Assembly (NCBI GenBank): GCA_902783515.1
Contig: CACZRK010000170.1
Coordinates: forward strand, 1-36,527
DNA length: 36,527 nucleotides
Reading direction: 5' to 3'
Source: an uncultured Coriobacteriaceae bacterium
GTDB taxonomy: Bacteria > Actinomycetota > Coriobacteriia > Coriobacteriales > UMGS124
In this document: positions 17,291 to 26,600 of the stretch, piece after piece
Layout: every line of letters begins with the position of its first letter
Position numbering within the stretch: the first letter of the stretch is position 1
Translations under genes and position numbers: made by a program
Notes under the pieces: generated by a model
What the model saw: only the letters and a program-made list of their open reading frames with translations
Databases searched by the model: none
Told to the model about the DNA's origin: nothing

Positions 17291-19021
17291 CTATCCCCTC
17301 GGCTTCTCCGCCGCGACGTTCTGCCCGGCAACGCGACCGCACACGATGCACTCGGTGAGGTTGCCGCCCGCCTGATAGGTGAACTTGAAGACGCTCGAGA
17401 TCTCGCCGGCGGTGTAGAGGCGCGGGATGGGGTTGCCGGCCCAGTCGAGCACCTGACGCTTTGCGTTCGCCTCGATGCCGCCTTTGGTGTTGGGACCGCC
17501 GGGGTAGAGCTTCATGGCGTAGAAGGGCGCGGTCTGCACGGGCGCCATCGTGTCTACGACGCGACCGAACTCCTCGTCCTGTCCCTTGTCGCAGTACTCG
17601 TTGAACTTCTTGACGCTCTCGACGAGCTGGTCGGCGGTCATGAGGTTGCGATTCTCGGGGTCGGCGAGGATCTTCTCCGCAAGTTCCTCGATCGTGTCAG
17701 CCTTGAGGATCCATCCGTTCTCGACGGCCTTCTGGTTGTCCTTGCCCCACGGAAGGATGCCGAAGCCGGAGTTCGAGTAGCTTGTGGACACGGCGCACTT
17801 GGAGGAGCAGAGCGTGTCGTCGAAGATGATCCAGCTCGGGATGCGAGGATAGCTCATCGTGAGCAGCTCGTACTGCACGGCGTCCTTGTAGAACTGATAG
17901 CGATAAGGTCGCGTGGAGTCCGTGATGATGGACTCGTCGTCATAGCGCTTGCCGTAGTTGTCGACGATCATCGAGTTCTGCGCGCTCGTGATTGCGCATG
18001 CGGCGCCCAGCTTGAGCCCGTCCTTCTCATAGCACTCGCCGTACGGGACGCCCACTTCGATGCGAGAGGCTGCCTTGCCGACCTTGGCCAGCGCTGCTCC
18101 CACGCGCTGGGCCATCTCAATGCCGTCGCCCGTGTTTGACGTCGAGCCGTAGAACGTCCAGCCCTTGACGCCCGGTCCCTCAAGGAACGCGCGACGCATG
18201 GCCGCGTTGTACTCGAATCCGCCGCAGGCGAGCACGACGCCGCGCTTGGCACCGATGCGGAGCTCCTTCCCACCCTGCGTAGCAACGACACCCGTTATCT
18301 CGCCGTCCTCCATGACGAGGTCGGTTGCCGGCGTGTCAAAGAGGATGTCGACGTCGGGTCGCTTAGTCCGCAGTCCGTCCTCGACGAGCACGTTGTAGAA
18401 CGCCTCGCCTGAGCTCTTGGTGTCGCGCGGCCGGTCCTGCGGAAGCAGGCTGTCGTCGGCATTCTGCCAGTTGGCGTAGCAGCAGCGCTTGCTCGACCCG
18501 TACTTCGCTTGTTCGAACCCGGGGAACATGGGGAATGAGGCGTCGCCGCCCACCTCCATGAGTGAGGTGTCGAGGTCCGAGGCCTGGGCGAGGAGGAAGT
18601 CCGCGGTCTCTAGCGCGCCGTCGGCATACATCTTGGCCATCTCGTCCGAGACCTCAGGCGCCTCGCCCTCAAGCTTCCAGGGGCAGTTCTCACCGCTCAT
18701 CATGGCCTTGCAGTACTCGACGAGCGCGTCATGGTCGCCATTCGGGTCGGGGCGATGGAAGAAGCCGCCGGACATGCGCGTGTTGGGGAAGTGGGCATCC
18801 TCCGGGTCCTTCTCGATGATAACGACGCTCGCGCCGGCGTCATGAGCCTCGATTGCCGCGCAGGCGCCAGCTCCGCCAAGGCCGATGATGACGACGTCGT
18901 ACTCCTTATCAAAGCCCTGCGTGTTCGCCTCTGCAGCTTTGGCGATTGAGGATGCCGTGCCAATGGCCGTGGCGCCCACCGCGCCGATCTTCATGAAGTC
19001 CCTTCTGGAAACGCTTGCCAT
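17291..19021 (-). CDS. Tat-signal FAD-dependent reductase
   Basis: AAGGGG lies 6 nt upstream of the ATG. MASVSRRDFMKIGAVGATAIGTASSIAKA is the Tat signal and YDVVIIGLGGAGACAAIEAHDAGASVVIIEK is the FAD fold. The C-terminus has GPNTKGGIEAN and IPRLYTAGEISS. Confidence 0.9.
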   Translation of the reverse strand: MASVSRRDFMKIGAVGATAIGTASSIAKAAEANTQGFDKEYDVVIIGLGGAGACAAIEAHDAGASVVIIEKDPEDAHFPNTRMSGGFFHRPDPNGDHDALVEYCKAMMSGENCPWKLEGEAPEVSDEMAKMYADGALETADFLLAQASDLDTSLMEVGGDASFPMFPGFEQAKYGSSKRCCYANWQNADDSLLPQDRPRDTKSSGEAFYNVLVEDGLRTKRPDVDILFDTPATDLVMEDGEITGVVATQGGKELRIGAKRGVVLACGGFEYNAAMRRAFLEGPGVKGWTFYGSTSNTGDGIEMAQRVGAALAKVGKAASRIEVGVPYGECYEKDGLKLGAACAITSAQNSMIVDNYGKRYDDESIITDSTRPYRYQFYKDAVQYELLTMSYPRIPSWIIFDDTLCSSKCAVSTSYSNSGFGILPWGKDNQKAVENGWILKADTIEELAEKILADPENRNLMTADQLVESVKKFNEYCDKGQDEEFGRVVDTMAPVQTAPFYAMKLYPGGPNTKGGIEANAKRQVLDWAGNPIPRLYTAGEISSVFKFTYQAGGNLTECIVCGRVAGQNVAAEKPRG

Positions 19022-19304
19022 GACCTGCCCCTTTCTACTCGTGGGTGCGCGGGGTACCTATGTGACACCTTGTCGCGGGTGCCGATACGCACTCCAGGCG
19101 TTCTTTGGACACCCGCGCGCGTCTGCCGTCCCCGCCGCACGCCCCGTGCGCGTTGGCCCCATGGTGGCCGCTCGGTTGCCTTCGTCCATCGTGCGCGGCG
19201 GCTATGTATATGCGATTTTGGCGTATCATCCGTGACGGCCGATGCGCGCTTCGCGAGCCCGGCATCGTCGGACGTCTTGAATGGTGGGACGGGAGGTCGC
19301 GCTG

Positions 19305-20855
19305 ATGACGTTGCTGCGGGCGAGGAGAGACGTCAAGATCGCGCGCCTCCCCCTGGCCTGCGCGGTCATGTCGCTCATGTGGGTGTGGCTGAACGTGTCG
19401 AGCCGCGGCGGCTTCTTTGGCGAGAGCTACGCGGAACAGGGGCAGGTGGCGCTCTATGCGTGTCGCCTCCTCTCGCTCGTGCTCGTCGCGGCCCTTTCCC
19501 GCTTCCTCTGGTCACGCCCGCGCACGCTGCTCGCCGTCAGTGGATCGCTGGTATGCGTGGGCGCGCTCGTGCACGCGGTTGCTCTGGCGACGCAGTCAAT
19601 GGCGGGAGACTCGCTCGCCTGGGGGATGGACGTCATCGGCGAGGCGCTCTGCGGTCTCGGCTACCTGCCATGTCTCTTCGCGGTCCTGCTCGGACTTGCA
19701 CGGACATCATGCCGCATGCGGGACGTTTCTGTCGCGGTACTGATCGCGATGGCGTGCAAGGAGCAGGTGCCGCCCCTGCTCTCTCTCCTGCCGGTCGCAA
19801 CGCATGTCTGGGTGCTCCTGTTCCTTCTGGTTGCACTTGTGGCCACCTTGGCGTGCTATGGGCGCGTCATGGGCGCGGGAAGGCAGGCGGCGTCTGCCGA
19901 CGTCCCGGGCGACGGGTGCGCCACGAGGCGCGCCACGCGACAGGTGCTGCTGCTTGGCTGCGTCGCATACCTCACGACCTACGTGTTCGGCATGGCGAGC
20001 GGCATCGGGCTGGCGGGATCGCCGATGTCCACGGCAACCCATGGCGTGATCCTCGTCCCGGCAGGTAAGATCATTGCCCTCGCGGTCCTCGTCTTGCTGT
20101 CCTGCGGCGCGATCGTGCACACGGCTGACATGCCCCGTGTCTGGCGCTTCGTTCCCGCATTCGTTATCCTTGCGCTCTCCACGACGCTCTCACCGCTCAT
20201 CCTCGCCGTCGGCGCGAACCCGATTGCCGCCGACGCCGTCGCTGCCTGCCTCCAGGGTGTGTACGACTTCAGCCAAGTGCTCGTATGGGTGATCGTGGCG
20301 TCAGCCCTCAGGCTCGGTAACCCGATCGAGCTGGCGGTCGTTGCCGGCATGAACGCCTTCTACCATGTGCCCGCCGTGCTTGTTGGTTCACGACTGCCGA
20401 ACCTTTCCGAGGGGCTTGCCTCGAGTCTGATCGTCAGCTACGGTCTGCTCGTGATCATCATTGCCGTGCTGCTGCCGGCGATGGAAGCCCTACGCGCGGG
20501 GAGGGGTCACGGCGAGTGCGGGTCGTCGGGGGGTGACCAGGGCGAGACATCCGGCTCGGATCTGCTCAGGCGAGCTCTTGCGTGCAGGTGCCGCGTGGTT
20601 GCCGATCGTTTCGGCCTCACGAAACGCGAGACTGAGGTCTTCACACTACTGTGTCAGGGACTTTCCCGGGAGGCCGTCTGCGAGGAGCTCGGCGTGTCCA
20701 TCGGCACGGTCAAGGCGCACATCGCCCACATCTACGAGAAGACGGGCATCAACACGAGGGAGGGGCTCAGCGCGCTTGTGTTTGAAGACGGACGCGACGA
20801 CGAGGTCGGAGCCGAGGGTGAAGATCGCCGCTCGCTGCCGCCCATTCGGATCTGA
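19305..20855 (+). CDS. Polytopic-membrane LuxR-family regulator
   Basis: Track ORF 19281-20855. ATG 19305 has GGGAGG 8 nt upstream. The C-terminus reads LTKRETEVFTLLCQGLSREAVCEELGVSIGTVKAHIAHIYEKTGINTREGLS. Confidence 0.85.
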   Translation: MTLLRARRDVKIARLPLACAVMSLMWVWLNVSSRGGFFGESYAEQGQVALYACRLLSLVLVAALSRFLWSRPRTLLAVSGSLVCVGALVHAVALATQSMAGDSLAWGMDVIGEALCGLGYLPCLFAVLLGLARTSCRMRDVSVAVLIAMACKEQVPPLLSLLPVATHVWVLLFLLVALVATLACYGRVMGAGRQAASADVPGDGCATRRATRQVLLLGCVAYLTTYVFGMASGIGLAGSPMSTATHGVILVPAGKIIALAVLVLLSCGAIVHTADMPRVWRFVPAFVILALSTTLSPLILAVGANPIAADAVAACLQGVYDFSQVLVWVIVASALRLGNPIELAVVAGMNAFYHVPAVLVGSRLPNLSEGLASSLIVSYGLLVIIIAVLLPAMEALRAGRGHGECGSSGGDQGETSGSDLLRRALACRCRVVADRFGLTKRETEVFTLLCQGLSREAVCEELGVSIGTVKAHIAHIYEKTGINTREGLSALVFEDGRDDEVGAEGEDRRSLPPIRI

Positions 20856-20995
20856 TGTGATCCTTGCCGACGCTCGTGGTCTGACGTCTCCGACTTCGGG
20901 AGGCGGTTGGCGTGTCATCTCGCGTGACCGTCGTGGTGCTGCCGCGAGGCCGGAATCATGACGCGGTCGGATACGGACGCGGCCATTGTCGCCAG

Positions 20996-21031
20996 GCGGC
21001 GGGGACAGGACCATGGTCCTGTCCCCGCCGC
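20996..21031. terminator. Perfect 36-nt palindrome between a convergent LuxR gene and a reductase gene (probable bidirectional terminator)
   Basis: GCGGCGGGGACAGGACCA|TGGTCCTGTCCCCGCCGC. All 18 arm positions were verified as complementary. There is no U-tract on either side. Confidence 0.55.
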
Positions 21032-21090
21032 TGCCGTTCCTGACAGTTTGAGTGCCCGATAGAGGATGGCGCGGTCCCGTCGCCCGCGCG

Positions 21091-22719
21091 CTATCCGCGG
21101 GCGATGATGTCCTCGGCGCTCATGTAGCCGGAGGTGTATACGAGGCACACGCCGACGCCGACGCCGCAGTACGTGTCGTTGTACAGGTTGGAGCCTGCCT
21201 CGACGCCGATGGCGTATAGCCCCGGGATCCTCGCGCCGTTGGCGTTCAGCACGCCGTAGCCCAGGTCAACGCTTACGCCACCCCAGCTCGTGAGGTTGTT
21301 CTCGTAGGTGTACACGGCGTAGTAGGGGCCGGCGCCGTAGGGGACTAGATACGCGGGGTCCTTGCCGCACAGGGTGTCCTTGCCGGCGGCGCAGCAGGCG
21401 TCATAGTCGGCGAGGGTCTTGGCGAAGATCTCGGGATCCATGCCGGCGGCCTGTGCGAGCTCTTCGGGCGTCTCGCCCTTGAAGCCGGTGCCGTCCTGCG
21501 CCATCTGGTCGAACACGGCGGTCGCGTTCTCCCAAGGCGTCTCAAGGTCGTACTCGGGCGCGTACTTGGGCGGGATGGTCAGCTTGGCGGTGGCGCCGAG
21601 CGCCGCGATGCCGCCCTGTTCGAGCAGGGCGAGCTGGTCGGCCGAGACGATTGTCCAGTGGAAGTCGCCTTGGAACAGCGAGGAGTTCGCAGCCGCGTCC
21701 GCGCTGCCGAGGATGCCCTCGTTGCGGAAGCGACGGCCGTCCTTCGTCACGTTCATGAAGCCGGACATGTAGGTCGTGAGGAACGGGTACTTCGCGGGGA
21801 AGTCATCGAACGTCTCGGTGAGCTTGTCGGTGGCGGTGGTGAACGTCTGATGCGGCATCTGCATACCGTAGTTGAGCGGCTTGGCGCCGCCGGCCTCCCA
21901 GCACATCCTCAGCCCCTCGCCGACGTTCTGGGGCAGGCCCCCGCACACGGGCCTGCGGCCGAAGGCCTCAAAGACCATGTCCTCATTGGCGGCATAGCCT
22001 CCCGTCGCGATGACGACGGCCCTGGCCGCGTTGAACTGCCTTGCGGCGCCAGTCTCATCCAGCGCGATCACGCCCGTGACCCTGCCGTCGTCGTTCTGCA
22101 CGAGTGCCTTTGCGGTCATCGAGAGGCGCACGTCTATGCCTGAGCCGTCCACCATGGCCTGGTAGAGGGCCGGGCGGTCCTTGTAGGGGACGTCGATCTT
22201 CCAGTTCTTGACCCCCATGGAGTTGAAGTCCTTGACGAACGCCCAGCCCCACGACTGCTCGAGCCAGGTGAACGCCGTCGCGGAGTTGTTGAGCAGGCTG
22301 GAGATGGCCGTCGCGTCAACGCGCCAGTGGCAGTCGTTCACCCAGTCACTTACCTGTGCCGCGATGTCGTCGTCGGCCGTGCGGACCATCGCCGAGAAGA
22401 CCGAGTTGGAGCAGCCACCCAGCACCGTTGACTTCTCGAGCAGGGCGACCCGCAGACCGTTCTCCGCGCAGTGCGTCGCGCACGACATGCCGGCCGCGCC
22501 GGCGCCCACCACCACGACGTCAAAGGCCTCGGTCGACTCCGGCGCGTAGGAGCTCGGATCTGCCTCGTCGTTGGCTGCTGCCGCATTTGTGGGCGCGTCG
22601 GCCTTGGCAGACTCCATGGCCCCCGCCGCGGTGGCGCCCCCTGCCGCCGCCACGCTCACTGCGGCCGCGGTCGCCACGAAGTTCCTGCGCGTGACATTTC
22701 CCATCCCGTTGATTGCCAT
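21091..22719 (-). CDS. Tat-signal FAD-dependent reductase
   Basis: GGGAGGA lies 5 nt upstream of the ATG. MAINGMGNVTRRNFVATAAAVSVAAAGGATAAGA is the Tat signal and FDVVVVGAGAAGMSCATHCAENGLRVALLEK is the FAD fold. Confidence 0.9.
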   Translation of the reverse strand: MAINGMGNVTRRNFVATAAAVSVAAAGGATAAGAMESAKADAPTNAAAANDEADPSSYAPESTEAFDVVVVGAGAAGMSCATHCAENGLRVALLEKSTVLGGCSNSVFSAMVRTADDDIAAQVSDWVNDCHWRVDATAISSLLNNSATAFTWLEQSWGWAFVKDFNSMGVKNWKIDVPYKDRPALYQAMVDGSGIDVRLSMTAKALVQNDDGRVTGVIALDETGAARQFNAARAVVIATGGYAANEDMVFEAFGRRPVCGGLPQNVGEGLRMCWEAGGAKPLNYGMQMPHQTFTTATDKLTETFDDFPAKYPFLTTYMSGFMNVTKDGRRFRNEGILGSADAAANSSLFQGDFHWTIVSADQLALLEQGGIAALGATAKLTIPPKYAPEYDLETPWENATAVFDQMAQDGTGFKGETPEELAQAAGMDPEIFAKTLADYDACCAAGKDTLCGKDPAYLVPYGAGPYYAVYTYENNLTSWGGVSVDLGYGVLNANGARIPGLYAIGVEAGSNLYNDTYCGVGVGVCLVYTSGYMSAEDIIARG

Positions 22720-22932
22720 GCTGGTCCTCCCTGTGATTGTGACGCGGGTCGATCGTGCGGCGATCCCCCCATGTTCGCCACCCCTTGCCCAGCGCCGCCG
22801 ACGGACACCTCGACGCTAGCGCAGGGGTGACCGCTTGGCCATCGCATACCGTGGGTGAAGTGCTTGCGCACGGTCGCCGCGCCGCGATTTGCCCCGGCGT
22901 GCACGCTGCGATTCGGCCGCTGCGCCTCTCCC

Positions 22933-24483
22933 TCAGAGTCTCTCCAGGAGCTCGAGAAGCTCCTGGCGCGAGTGGACTTCGAGCTTGCGGTAGAGGTTGC
23001 GCAGGTGCGTGCGCACGGTGTTCTCAGTGACGCAGAGGCTCTCGGCGATGCCGCGCTGCGTGTACCCGCGTGCGAGCAGGCGCAGGACGTCGCCCTCGCG
23101 GTCCGTGAGCGCGAACCGAGCGATGGCGGCGTCGCAGCTTGCGCCGTACAGATCGTCGAGAAGCGCGGCGCCCGAAGCGGTGCGGCGACGGTCGGGTCCC
23201 CGCACAGCGTCGCAGTCGGCCCCCGCTCGCGCGTCGCGCGCGCGACGCTGCACGGCGACGTAAGCCATGGCCAGCACGTACACGATCGCAAGCGCGCAGA
23301 CGAGGACGTTCGCCTGGCTCGCCGCCCCGCCGCGATAGATGAGGTAGGCGATGAGCGTGGAGAGCGACACGGAGAGGAACGTCCCGGCGCCGAGGATCCC
23401 GAGGGCCACGCCCCGGCTGACGCCGTGGTCCTCGGCGCAGGTCGCACTGAGCACGATCAGCGTCGCGAGGATGACGAAGAACGCCGCGTGAAGCACTGCC
23501 GCGGCGATCACGATCAGCGAGGGACTGACTAGTGGCAGCAGCGCAGCGATGGTCACGATCACGGGGAAAGCCACGCGGTACATCCCGATCGCGTCAAGCC
23601 GACGCCCTGTCGTGCGCTGTCGACGTCCCGAGAGCCACCAGGCAAGTGCGACCATCGCGAACGCCACGCCGAGCACGGCGCCGAGCCGATTGATGAAGTC
23701 GGTGTCGCGAATGCTCGCGAGTGCCGTGGTCCGCACGAAGGAGAAGGCAAACACCGAGGCCATGACGCAGATGAGCTCGGTGGACAGGCGCGACAGGGCA
23801 TCGCCGAGCGTCGCGGGTTGGTCGCCGTCGCCATGCGCGCCAGGACCGTCGCCCACGCTCGCCTCGCCACCGGTGCCGTCGGCCGTCGCGCGGGTGCCCG
23901 CCACAGCCCCGTCGACCCGCATGCCATGGGTCATGGAGGCGTACAGGCATCCCGAGACCGCGACGCACGCGGCGAGGAACAGGATGCGGCCGTCGATGGC
24001 AAGTGCGTAGGCGATGGCGTACAGCAGGGCGTACGCGACCAGCGTACCCACGACGAGCCGTGTCGCGCCTGCCTGGTCCTGGCCGGCCTCGAGCAGGGCG
24101 AGGCCCCAGAGCCAGAGCGCGACGCCGCACGCCGCGCCGAGCGCGAGGAGGACGGCCGTGGCGATCGCCGCGCCCAAGCTGGTGGCGTACGCGTCGCTGC
24201 CAGGCAGACGGCTCAGCGCGAGCGTCGTCACGACGATGACGAGCGAGCCCATTGCCTGCGCGCCGACGCGGGCCCGCGTGCTCGCGCCGTGCCGTCCCTC
24301 GGCCCACGCGCACAGCAGCAGAGCGGCTCCGGACGACAGGGCCTGGGGGGCCGTCTTCACGAGAAGCAGGCCGGGCAGCCGTAGGCCCAGTAGCGCCCCC
24401 CAGGGAAGGCCGCCCCAGTTGGTCAGGCTGATGGCGAGCAGGGAGACGGCCGTGCCGAACGCGATGCACATGCGATTGCGCAC
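22933..24483 (-). CDS. Polytopic-membrane LuxR-family regulator
   Basis: Track ORF 22933-24540 (GTG start). The start is uncertain: GTG at comp. 24481-24483 has GGAGG 4 nt upstream, and ATG 24471 is also possible. The C-terminus reads LTDREGDVLRLLARGYTQRGIAESLCVTENTVRTHLRNLYRKLEVHSRQELL. Confidence 0.85.
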   Translation of the reverse strand: MRNRMCIAFGTAVSLLAISLTNWGGLPWGALLGLRLPGLLLVKTAPQALSSGAALLLCAWAEGRHGASTRARVGAQAMGSLVIVVTTLALSRLPGSDAYATSLGAAIATAVLLALGAACGVALWLWGLALLEAGQDQAGATRLVVGTLVAYALLYAIAYALAIDGRILFLAACVAVSGCLYASMTHGMRVDGAVAGTRATADGTGGEASVGDGPGAHGDGDQPATLGDALSRLSTELICVMASVFAFSFVRTTALASIRDTDFINRLGAVLGVAFAMVALAWWLSGRRQRTTGRRLDAIGMYRVAFPVIVTIAALLPLVSPSLIVIAAAVLHAAFFVILATLIVLSATCAEDHGVSRGVALGILGAGTFLSVSLSTLIAYLIYRGGAASQANVLVCALAIVYVLAMAYVAVQRRARDARAGADCDAVRGPDRRRTASGAALLDDLYGASCDAAIARFALTDREGDVLRLLARGYTQRGIAESLCVTENTVRTHLRNLYRKLEVHSRQELLELLERL

Positions 24484-24676
24484 AAGACCTCCGCCCCCCG
24501 TCGCCGCGTGCGCTTCCAGGCGCTTACCGCACGGTACCACATTCCTTCACGTCGGCATTTCGCATTGATTGTGCGAGTGCGCGGCGTCGGCCTCCGGCGT
24601 ATGGTCAGGGCGATGCGCCTCGCAGGACAGGGGGTCTGCGACGGGGCGTGTGGCCACGATGACAAGGGGGATACGC

Positions 24677-26503
24677 ATGAGCACAGAAATGACGGGTATG
24701 GGGGAGTCGATCGACCGTCGGGACTTCATCGGTCGCGCGGCCGCCGTGGGTGCCGCAGCGGCCGCGGCGGGCGTGGCGGGGGGCGCTGCGGGCGTCGCCC
24801 AGGCCGCGCAGCAGAAGACGTCGGCGCAGGCGGACGCATCGACAGAGGATGCGCCGGCGCCCCGGGATATCATGCCGGGCGACCTGAGCGCGCTGCCGAC
24901 GCCGCCGGCCATCACAGCCGATCAGATCAAGGTGACCAAGGACTGCGACGTGCTTGTCATCGGCGCGGGCATCTCCGGCCTTGCCGCCGCGCGCTCCGCG
25001 GTCGAGGCCGGCGCCAAGGTCATTGTCATGGAGAAGAACGCCCAGATCGAGATCCACGGTTTCGGTTGCGGTGTCGTGAACAGCTCGCTGGCGACTGACC
25101 ACGGTATTGTGGTCGACCCCGTCGCCGTGATGAACGAGTACGAGCGCCGCAGCTATGGCCGCGTGAATATGCAGCTCGTGAGCCTGTGGGCGAACCACTC
25201 CGGTGAGGTCTTTGACTGGTACAGCTCGGTTGCCGACGACTTCGTCAAAGAGAATATGACGCTCAACTTCTACCCGCCGTTCGAGGAGCACGACACGACC
25301 AAGGACCAGTTCCAAACGTTCCTTGGCTGCATCGACTTCAAGGAGGACCCGCTCAAGCAGTTCGATGTGGCCCCTTGGACGAAGCTTGGCCAGCTGAACC
25401 AGGCGAAGGCCGAGGAGGAGGGCGTCGAGTTCGTTTTCTCGACGGCTGCCCAGGAGCTCACGACCGATGCCACTGGACGGGTGACCGGTGCGATCGGCAT
25501 GGACGAGAATGGGGACTACCTGCAGGTCAACGCGAGCAAGGGCGTCGTCCTCACGACAGGCGGCTTCTGCCAGTTTGGCGCGGGCGCCGAGGTCATGTGC
25601 AAGGTGTTCACGCCCAACATGTACAAGAACTACCGGCTCATCAAGGGCGAGGAACCGAGCTGGCAGGAGATGTTCACGGTGAACCCCGGCCCCATCCAGG
25701 GGGCCACGGGCGATGGGCAGCTCATGGCCATCTGGGTCGGCGGCCAGATGGACCCGTTCGCGGACGCCGGCATGGGGTCGTGCGAGTCCGCGATTGGTGG
25801 CACGGTGGCTCTCACCGTGAACAAGAACGGCGAGCGGTTCCACAACGAGGACATCGGCATCTGGGAGAAGCACGACCAGGTCATGCGTCAGCCCGGGCAG
25901 ATTTGTTACGACATCATCGACGCGAACTGGCGCGACCGCCTGCCGTACCAGGCAACCGGCCACCGCAACTTTGATTATCACGAGCACCAGGTCGCGAAGG
26001 GCTTTGACGGCATCACATACGTGAACACGTTCAATGACGAGTTCCTGTCCGCGGTCGGCAACCCCGAGGGCATCACGCCGTCGCTCGACCGTCATGCCGG
26101 AACCGTCTACGCAGCGGACACGCTGGAGGAGCTCGCCGAGATTATCGGCGTTCCCACGGACGCGTTTCTGGCGACGGTTGCCCGCTACAACGAGTTGGCC
26201 GCCCAGGGGCATGATGAGGACTTCGGCTGCGACCCGCAGAAGCTCTTCCCGATTGATACCCCGCCGTTCATCGCGTGCAGCGCCACCGCCTCGCCGAACT
26301 TCGCGGCGTACGCAGGCCTTGTCACGAACGGCAGGCTGGAGGTCGTGAACAAGGACGGCCAGCCCATCGGGGGCTTGTGGGCAGCCGGCAATTGCTGCGG
26401 CGGAAAGTTCGGACCGAGCTACTTTACGCCGATCCCCGGCATGAACCACGGCAACGGGATCACGCACGGCTATTACGCTGGCCTCTACGCTGCGCAGGCG
26501 TAG
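24677..26503 (+). CDS. Tat-signal FAD-dependent reductase
   Basis: Track ORF 24569-26503 (TTG start). I moved the start to ATG 24677 (GGGGGA 6 nt upstream). MSTEMTGMGESIDRRDFIGRAAAVGAAAAAAGVAGGAAGVAQA is the Tat signal and CDVLVIGAGISGLAAARSAVEAGAKVIVMEK is the FAD fold. Confidence 0.9.
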   Translation: MSTEMTGMGESIDRRDFIGRAAAVGAAAAAAGVAGGAAGVAQAAQQKTSAQADASTEDAPAPRDIMPGDLSALPTPPAITADQIKVTKDCDVLVIGAGISGLAAARSAVEAGAKVIVMEKNAQIEIHGFGCGVVNSSLATDHGIVVDPVAVMNEYERRSYGRVNMQLVSLWANHSGEVFDWYSSVADDFVKENMTLNFYPPFEEHDTTKDQFQTFLGCIDFKEDPLKQFDVAPWTKLGQLNQAKAEEEGVEFVFSTAAQELTTDATGRVTGAIGMDENGDYLQVNASKGVVLTTGGFCQFGAGAEVMCKVFTPNMYKNYRLIKGEEPSWQEMFTVNPGPIQGATGDGQLMAIWVGGQMDPFADAGMGSCESAIGGTVALTVNKNGERFHNEDIGIWEKHDQVMRQPGQICYDIIDANWRDRLPYQATGHRNFDYHEHQVAKGFDGITYVNTFNDEFLSAVGNPEGITPSLDRHAGTVYAADTLEELAEIIGVPTDAFLATVARYNELAAQGHDEDFGCDPQKLFPIDTPPFIACSATASPNFAAYAGLVTNGRLEVVNKDGQPIGGLWAAGNCCGGKFGPSYFTPIPGMNHGNGITHGYYAGLYAAQA

Positions 26504-26530
26504 TGATGTCCTGAGGCTTCGCTCCCTGAT

Positions 26531-26587
26531 GCCTCCCCGGCCGTCGGGCATTCGCGGCCACACGCGGGTGTCCGACGTCGGGGAGGC
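26531..26587. terminator. Long hairpin between a convergent reductase gene and the MocR gene
   Basis: GCCTCCCCG ... CGGGGAGGC are 9-bp perfect outer arms, with partial inner pairing. It is followed by TTCTCGTCTC. Confidence 0.5.
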
Positions 26588-26600
26588 TTCTCGTCTCGGC

